Assembly (NCBI GenBank): GCA_048499455.1
Contig: JASNZV010000006.1
Span: 77,380 to 141,379, forward strand
DNA from: Caldilineaceae bacterium
GTDB taxonomy: Bacteria; Chloroflexota; Anaerolineae; Caldilineales; Caldilineaceae
Reading direction: 5' to 3'
DNA: 64,000 nt
Shown here: piece by piece, positions 58,284-64,000 of the stretch
Layout: every line of letters starts with the position of its first letter
Position numbering within the stretch: the stretch's first letter is position 1
Made by a program: the position numbers and the translations under genes
Notes under the pieces: model-generated
The model's input: only the letters and a program-made list of their open reading frames with translations
What the model was told of the DNA's origin: nothing
Database searches by the model: none

Positions 58284-58667
58284 TTATTCTCTTACCTCAG
58301 CCATCAACGCCAACGTGTTGCCCTCGGTGTCGTAAAAAAAGACCATCCACAGCTCGTGGTCGGGCATTTTGGCGATCAGGTGGGGCTCGTCGATAAACTG
58401 GACTTCCTGATTTCGCAGTTGGTCGTACGTCTGTTGAATATCTGTGACCTTGTAGTAGATGATTGATCCCGGATGATCGACGGCAGCACTTTCGGGCCGG
58501 CTGAGCATGAGGCGGACTTCACCGCACTGCAAAAAAGCCAGGTCGCCGGTGGAGAAGAGGAACGGCAACTCGAGCACATCACGATAAAAGATGACGGCGC
58601 GCTCCAGATCTTGCGCACGGAGGGCAATCTGGCCAATCTGCGTGATTCCAAGTTTGGCAGTAGACAT
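58284..58667 (-). CDS. VOC/glyoxalase-family protein
   Basis: 127 aa with paired beta-alpha-beta-beta-beta modules (..IGQIALRAQDLERAVIFYRDVLELPFLF..). Confidence 0.8.
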   Translation of the reverse strand: MSTAKLGITQIGQIALRAQDLERAVIFYRDVLELPFLFSTGDLAFLQCGEVRLMLSRPESAAVDHPGSIIYYKVTDIQQTYDQLRNQEVQFIDEPHLIAKMPDHELWMVFFYDTEGNTLALMAEVRE

Positions 58668-58771
58668 TGTTCTGCTCCAGTCGCCATTTCCTCTTCAAAC
58701 CAATGTGCGCGGTGTGCGTCTTGCTGCCGATGGGGTGGCCCATGCGACGCACACCACTGCTTCTTGCGCTG

Positions 58772-59887
58772 CTACGCTGAGCCGGCAGCCGGCGCAAATT
58801 TCAGACAGACCGGGGTGGGCACATCCGAAATGACGCCGGTGGGCGCGAGTCTGCCGGTCTTCTGGTCGATGTGATAGGCGGCGACGGTGCTGCTGTTCTG
58901 GTTGGCGGCGAGCAGCAGCGTTCCGGTCGGGTCGATGGCGAAGTTGCGCGGCGTCTGGCCCTGGGTCGATTCGGCGCCAAGGAAGGTGAGCTTGCCGGTC
59001 GCCTCGTCGACGGCATACATGGCGATGCTGTCGTGCCCGCGGTTGGAGCAGTAGAGGAACCTGCCGCTGGGGTGGATGTGCAGGTCCGCCGTGTGGCTGC
59101 GCCCGCTAAAATCTGCCGGCACGGTGGAGATGGACTGGATCTCTTGCAGGCCGCCACTGGCCTCATCATAGGCAAAGACAATTACCTTGTTGCCAATCTC
59201 CAGGTTGCAATAGGCAAACTTGCGGTTTGGGTGAAAATCAAAGTGGCGAGGGCCGCCACCCGGCTCAGTCTGCGCAAAGGGCTGGGCCCCGGGGGTGAGC
59301 TTGCCCTTCTCGGTGTCGAGGCTGTAGATCATCACCTTGTCCATACCCAGATCGGGCGCATAAGCAAAGCGGTTGTCGGGCGCAATCACAAACGAGTGAG
59401 CGTGGGGACCCTCCTGCCGCTGCGGGTTGACGCTGGAGCCAACGTGCTGTTTGAAGTCGCTGGCCTCGCCCAGGCTGCCGTCGGGCTGGATCGGGTGGAC
59501 GATGACGCTGCCGCTGTTGTAGTTGGCGGTGAGCACCCACTTCCCCGTGGCGTCCACCGTCACATAGCAGGGGCCGGCGCCCCCACTCGACCGGGTGTTG
59601 AGCGCGGTCAGCGCGCCGGCGCTGCGGTCCACGCGGAAGGCGGCCACACCACCGCCGCTTTTGCCGCTCTCATCGATGACCTCGCTCACGGCATAGAGAT
59701 AACGGTACTGCGGGTCGAGCGCGACAAACGACGGGTTGACTACGCCGGGCGCTACGCTAAGCTCCGTCATGGCGCCGGTTGCCGCATCCACCCGGTAGGC
59801 GTAGACGCCCTTGGCCTTGCCTTCGACGTGGCCCAACTTCCCGGTATACGTGCCGACAAAAACGAGATATTCTTTGGCTTGTGTCAT
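58772..59887 (-). CDS. Lactonase, 7-bladed beta-propeller family (Pgl-type)
   Basis: 371 aa with YVGTYTGK.. at the N-terminus, repeated propeller blades and ..GPRHFDFHP.. Confidence 0.85.
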   Translation of the reverse strand: MTQAKEYLVFVGTYTGKLGHVEGKAKGVYAYRVDAATGAMTELSVAPGVVNPSFVALDPQYRYLYAVSEVIDESGKSGGGVAAFRVDRSAGALTALNTRSSGGAGPCYVTVDATGKWVLTANYNSGSVIVHPIQPDGSLGEASDFKQHVGSSVNPQRQEGPHAHSFVIAPDNRFAYAPDLGMDKVMIYSLDTEKGKLTPGAQPFAQTEPGGGPRHFDFHPNRKFAYCNLEIGNKVIVFAYDEASGGLQEIQSISTVPADFSGRSHTADLHIHPSGRFLYCSNRGHDSIAMYAVDEATGKLTFLGAESTQGQTPRNFAIDPTGTLLLAANQNSSTVAAYHIDQKTGRLAPTGVISDVPTPVCLKFAPAAGSA

Positions 59888-59982
59888 GGTCGCTCCTCTT
59901 CTTCTTTAGTTGCTTTGCGGATCCCAAGGAATTTCGATTTGAGGTACATGGGGACGGGTCACCTGTTTGCCTGTCCTCCTAT

Positions 59983-60915
59983 CTACCCGTGCCCCGGCAG
60001 CAGACGCTTGGGCATCTTGCAGACCATCGTGAAGGCCGGGTCGAAGATGTTGCCCAGATCATACTTGACCACCTGGCCCATGAGCGTGTGCGCGCCGACG
60101 GCGTCGAACCCATAATCCGCCTGGAGCCAGCGCAGCATCTCGGTGGTGGCGTGCTGCACACATTGATCCAACGGGCGGGCGTTGCCGCAGGTGAAGATGT
60201 AGTCGGCATCCTCGCCGCGCGGCCAGTCGCTCGGCTGGCCCTTACGCAGCTCGACGGTAAATTGCACATCGAACGAAATCTCAATGCCCGTGCCGACGAT
60301 CTCGCCGTCGCCCTGGGTGGCGTGGCCGTCGCCAATGTGGAAAAGCGCGCCGGGCGCAAAGACAGGGAAGTAGGCGGTGACGCCCTGCACATAGCCGTTG
60401 TAGTCCATGTTGCCGCCGTGCTGGGCCGATGTGGCGGTTGAAATCGCCTGCCCACCGGCGGGGGCAACGCCAAAACAGCCGACCATGGGGTTGAGCGGCA
60501 GGACAAGCTGCCCCACGCTGGTATTGGCCGGCTCGACCAGCGTAGCCGTCCATGCCTGCGCATCCACCTCCCAGCGGGCGAGGCCATCGCTCCCCGCCGG
60601 GGGCCAGGGCAGGTGGGGCACATAGTCGGGGTCGACCACATTGGCCGCCACCATCGTGCGCGTCCAGCCGTAGGGGCGGTTGGGGGTGAGCTTGTCCAGG
60701 TGGACAACGAGCGTGTCGCCCGGTTCGGCGCCCTCAATGTAGAAGGGGCCGGTCATAGGGTTGCCGGGGCGGGTGACCTGGGCTGCGCTTGCGTCCTGGC
60801 CGCGGGCGTCCACCGTGGTGGTTACGACCGTGTCGCCGGGGCGGATGCGCAAAACCGGTTCGTGCGAGCCGAGCGTGTTGAAGTAGTGGGTGGGTGTAAA
60901 GTGATGTGTGGTCAT
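59983..60915 (-). CDS. Acetamidase/formamidase-family protein
   Basis: 310 aa with ..GNPMTGPFYIEGAEPGDTLVVH.., ..GGNMDYN.. and ..GDGHATQGDGEI.. Confidence 0.8.
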   Translation of the reverse strand: MTTHHFTPTHYFNTLGSHEPVLRIRPGDTVVTTTVDARGQDASAAQVTRPGNPMTGPFYIEGAEPGDTLVVHLDKLTPNRPYGWTRTMVAANVVDPDYVPHLPWPPAGSDGLARWEVDAQAWTATLVEPANTSVGQLVLPLNPMVGCFGVAPAGGQAISTATSAQHGGNMDYNGYVQGVTAYFPVFAPGALFHIGDGHATQGDGEIVGTGIEISFDVQFTVELRKGQPSDWPRGEDADYIFTCGNARPLDQCVQHATTEMLRWLQADYGFDAVGAHTLMGQVVKYDLGNIFDPAFTMVCKMPKRLLPGHG

Positions 60916-60946
60916 GGTTGTTCTCGTTTCAAATGATATTTAATAA

Positions 60947-62086
60947 TCACCAATTCGTGACCGACCCATCCAGCCGGCGCAGGTGGGGGAGTTCGGCCAT
61001 CTGGAAGGGGCGCTTCTTGGCCGCCTCGCGGTCGAACTCGACGCCCAGGCCGGGGCGGGTGGGCGCGAGCAGGTAGCCGTCCTCCCATTCGGGCTGGACG
61101 GGCACCACGTCGGTGAGCACCGTGCCCGTCTTGCGCGGTTGCTCTTGGACGCCCATGTTGGGCACGGCCAGGTTGAGTTGCAGGCAGGCCGCCGACGAGA
61201 TGGGGCCGAGCGGGTTGTGCGTCGCCATCTTGATGTAGTGCGTCTCGCACCAGCCGGCGATCTTCTTGGCCTCGGTGATGCCGCCGGCGATGCAGAGGTC
61301 GACGCGGGCGTAGTCGATCCACTCCTCTTCGATGAGCTGGCGGAATTCCCATTTGGAGCTAAACTGCTCGCCCGCCGCGATGGGCACGTGGACGCGCGGG
61401 CGTAGCGTTTTGAACGAGTCGGGGTTTTCGCAGCGCAGCGGGTCTTCGATAAAAAAGGGCCGCGTCGACTCGATCTCGCGGCAGAGCCAGACCACATCGG
61501 GCAGGTCGAGCCGGGTATGCACGTCAAAGGTGATCTCGATCTCGTCGCCCACGGCCTCGCGCACGGCGTGGAACTGCTTGATCGACGCCAGCACCGCCTG
61601 GCGCGGCTCCAAGATTTCGCCATCCTGCGGCAGCCCCCAGCGCACAAATTTCCACCCTTCCTCTTTGGTCTGCAAACACGATTCGACCAGTGGCGTGATC
61701 TCCATGGCGTGACCCACATTGTGCGGGTAGCAGACCACCTTGTCGCGCACCTTGCCCCCCAGCAACTGGTAGACCGGCGCGTTGAGCGCCTTGCCCAAGA
61801 TGTCCCAAAGGGCGATGTCGATAGCGGCTATGGCCGAGGTGAGGATGCGCTGCGCCGGGAAGAAGCCGCCACGGAAAAGCACCTGCCAGATGTGCTCGAT
61901 GCGCATGGGGTCCTGGCCGATGAGCAGTGGCTTGAAGTGTTCGACCGCGCCCATCACCGCCAACTCGCGCCCGGTGATGCCCGCCTCGCCCACGCCGTAG
62001 ATGCCCTCGTCGGTGTCCACCACGACAAAGAGGAAGTTTCGCTGCCCGCCCCAGACGGGGTAGCATTCGATGTTGGTAATTTTCAT
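60947..62086 (-). CDS. Enolase-superfamily acid-sugar dehydratase, D-galactonate dehydratase (DgoD) family
   Basis: MKITNIECYPV.. at the N-terminus, metal ligands in ..DVH..FIEDP..AAGE.., and a ..HNPLGPIS..DGSVTNW C-terminus closely resembling DgoD. Confidence 0.85.
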   Translation of the reverse strand: MKITNIECYPVWGGQRNFLFVVVDTDEGIYGVGEAGITGRELAVMGAVEHFKPLLIGQDPMRIEHIWQVLFRGGFFPAQRILTSAIAAIDIALWDILGKALNAPVYQLLGGKVRDKVVCYPHNVGHAMEITPLVESCLQTKEEGWKFVRWGLPQDGEILEPRQAVLASIKQFHAVREAVGDEIEITFDVHTRLDLPDVVWLCREIESTRPFFIEDPLRCENPDSFKTLRPRVHVPIAAGEQFSSKWEFRQLIEEEWIDYARVDLCIAGGITEAKKIAGWCETHYIKMATHNPLGPISSAACLQLNLAVPNMGVQEQPRKTGTVLTDVVPVQPEWEDGYLLAPTRPGLGVEFDREAAKKRPFQMAELPHLRRLDGSVTNW

Positions 62087-62287
62087 ATCAGCGTCTCCGG
62101 ATTTTGGTTTTGTTCGTAGACATGTTGAATGGCGTACGCATTGAATGGTGTACGCAATGGCAAAGGATAGATGGGATCGTCACCATCAATCGTAAACCAC
62201 ATTTACAGCATCTGCAACCAGACAAATTGCGCCGGCGGCGCAGGCGCGCCGAACAGGCCGCGCCACCCCAACGAGCGAAAAACGGGT

Positions 62288-62315
62288 TTGACATCGAGGG
62301 TCATGCGAGTATACT
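62288..62315 (+). promoter_or_regulatory. Sigma-70-like promoter for the sugar-binding protein gene
   Basis: TTGACA (62288-62293), a 16-nt spacer, then TATACT (62310-62315). Implies a leader of about 250 nt. Confidence 0.5.
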
Positions 62316-62489
62316 AAACCGAGGTTACATTGAAAGCGCAGACATCATCTGTCGGCAAGCACGCAGAAATTGGCGTTTTCATACAGAGCAGAGTATAGCA
62401 CCAAACGCTGCGTGCTGTCTGCTGCTCTTCTACGCACGCTTCAGCGCCCATCTTCCACACGATTCTTCGGTATCGCAATCGAATACAGT

Positions 62490-62544
62490 TGGTCTCAAAT
62501 TTCTGGTCTCAGATTCTTGGTCCCAGATTCGTTGTCCGAATCTC
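62490..62544. repeat. Degenerate 14-bp tandem repeat (about 4 units) in the binding-protein gene leader
   Basis: TGGTCTCAAATTTC, TGGTCTCAGATTCT, TGGTCCCAGATTCG, TTGTCCGAATCTC. Confidence 0.7.
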
Positions 62545-62570
62545 TTTCATCGTCGTTCAGGAGAATCCCA

Positions 62571-63908
62571 ATGAACCAACAAAATTTGTCCCGTCGGCAG
62601 TTCTTGCAGGTGAGCGCATTGACGATGGCAGGCGCAGCGCTGGCGGCCTGTGCGCCCGCGGTGGCTCCATCGGGCGGCGCCGCGCCCGGCGCAGGGGTGG
62701 AACGCAAGGAAGTTCGCGTTATGCTCTCTTCGTGGGCCGTGGCCGAGGTGCCCTTTGACCAGATGGCGCAGGCCTTTAGCGCCAAGCGGGGTGATGTGGA
62801 GATCAAGATTGACTCGTCGGACGACAACACCAAACTGGTGGCGCAAATTGCCTCGGGCAAAGTGGATTGGAGCGGCTACGGGATCATCTCGCCCTTCCTC
62901 GACATCGTCGCCAACGTGAGTTCCGGGCTGATCCAACCCATGGACGACCTCATCGCCGTCTCCGGCGAAGAGGGCGCGGCCCAGATCAAAGAGGACATGA
63001 TCCCCTCGGTGCGGGCCGACGCCAGCTTCGAAGACAAGCTCTACATCATCCCCTACAGCTTCGAGAACATCACCTTCAACTGGCGCAATGACTACTTCGC
63101 CGAGATCGGCAAGACCGAGCCAGTGCAAACGTGGGATGACTGGTATGAGGCGGCGGTGGCGGTCAAGGAGTGGGGCAAGGACGAGGAGATCATCCCCACG
63201 TCGTTTGTGGGCGGCCTGTGGACCGACGTAGGCGCGCTCATCGCGTCGGCAATGGAGCAGCCCTACACCGATGAAGGGCTACTCGATTGGCTCTCGGACG
63301 AAGGGATTGCCTCCCTCGCCTTCTTCCGCAAACTGGTCGATGAAGAGTTGACGCCCCCGCACGGTTTTGACGGCTGGTTCGAGTCATTCCAGCGGGGCAA
63401 GGTGGCGTCGGTGCAGGCGCAAAGCTCGCGCGGCGTCTGGGGGCAGAATCTGCATGGCGTGGACAAGTGGACCACCTCGCCCATCGCCACGCGTGAGGCT
63501 GGCGGCGGTTCTGGCACGGTCTACTGGGGCAACGGCCTGGGCGTTGTCAACATGGCCCCGCATCCCCAGGAAGTGGTGGACTTCTATGTCTTTGCCTTTG
63601 GCCCGGCCAACAGTGATTTCCAGAAGGCGGTGATCCAGTCGGGGAAGACGCCGGTCTACAACTCGTCGTACGACCAGATCATCAATGTGGACCCCGATTT
63701 TGAGGCGTATAAGTGGATGATCGGCATGCGCGACGATGTGACTCGCTCATTCCCGGTGCCGCGCAACACCTTTTATCTCATCCAGCACCAGGCCTATGCG
63801 CGGCGGATTGTCGAATTCACCGACGACCCCAACATGACGGCGGAGCAGTGCGCCCAGTTGATCTACGACGACACCGTGGCCGAGATCGAGAAGCAACAGG
63901 TACGGTAG
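62571..63908 (+). CDS. ABC sugar-binding protein, family 1, with Tat/lipoprotein-type signal
   Basis: Start set at MNQQNLSRRQFLQVSALTMAGAALAAC, with CAGGAG upstream. A family-1 solute-binding body follows. Confidence 0.88.
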   Translation: MNQQNLSRRQFLQVSALTMAGAALAACAPAVAPSGGAAPGAGVERKEVRVMLSSWAVAEVPFDQMAQAFSAKRGDVEIKIDSSDDNTKLVAQIASGKVDWSGYGIISPFLDIVANVSSGLIQPMDDLIAVSGEEGAAQIKEDMIPSVRADASFEDKLYIIPYSFENITFNWRNDYFAEIGKTEPVQTWDDWYEAAVAVKEWGKDEEIIPTSFVGGLWTDVGALIASAMEQPYTDEGLLDWLSDEGIASLAFFRKLVDEELTPPHGFDGWFESFQRGKVASVQAQSSRGVWGQNLHGVDKWTTSPIATREAGGGSGTVYWGNGLGVVNMAPHPQEVVDFYVFAFGPANSDFQKAVIQSGKTPVYNSSYDQIINVDPDFEAYKWMIGMRDDVTRSFPVPRNTFYLIQHQAYARRIVEFTDDPNMTAEQCAQLIYDDTVAEIEKQQVR

Positions 63909-63910
63909 CG

Positions 63911-64000
63911 AGTGATGAGTGATGAGTGATGAGTAAAGAGTGACGAGTGATGAGTGAAAAATTATCTCTCACTCCTCACTCTTCACTTGTCACTCATCAC
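63911..64000. repeat. Long imperfect hairpin built from GAGTGAT heptad repeats (truncated by the window end)
   Basis: The left arm is (GAGTGAT)n-like. The right arm ATCTCTCACTCCTCACTCTTCACTTGTCACTCATCAC is its approximate reverse complement. Confidence 0.65.

Noticed and set aside
1-64000. Search for defence systems, prophage, transposases, integrases, toxin-antitoxin pairs, reverse transcriptases and biosynthetic clusters
   Set aside because: No ORF translation in any frame showed hallmark motifs for these. The window reads as core chromosome dominated by envelope, transport and metabolic genes.

Overview
This is a GC-rich, gene-dense chromosomal segment. Gene content suggests a filamentous Chloroflexota-like bacterium, but that is inference only. 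I support about 50 protein genes. In order they are: a partial P-type ATPase; a protease/two-component block (PrsW, FtsH, HtrA, a lone receiver, and a NarL-type histidine kinase/response regulator pair); a 959-aa lipoprotein with three PA14 domains; a GT4 glycosyltransferase plus an atypical P-type ATPase; a five-gene Dpp/Opp/Nik-type ABC operon; a second PA14 protein; a urease cluster ordered ureF-D-A-B-C with no ureE or ureG; greA-lysS; two very large GT-C-like membrane proteins plus a membrane-anchored FGE-domain protein; an ABC binding protein with two permeases but no ATPase; an MFS transporter; a fused folK-folP; an envelope block (PBP1A, lipoproteins, a DUF2723 protein); an Amt-family protein lacking both pore histidines; small enzymes; and a sugar-acid cluster facing a sugar-binding protein. 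I found no rRNA, tRNA, CRISPR array, transposase, integrase, phage gene, known defence gene or obvious biosynthetic cluster, and no convincing novel multi-gene system. The most unusual signals are noncoding: a promoter, two hairpin modules and a terminator forming a leader upstream of the FGE-domain gene; a stand-alone sRNA-like unit; and several repeat or hairpin families, one of them inserted inside the urease operon. At the protein level, the notable items are the histidine-less Amt protein, a P-type ATPase with PYGL in place of PEGL, and a beta-sandwich module shared by three GT-C-like proteins. Where I moved a start away from the ORF track, I used internal start codons, ribosome-binding sites and family N-termini.
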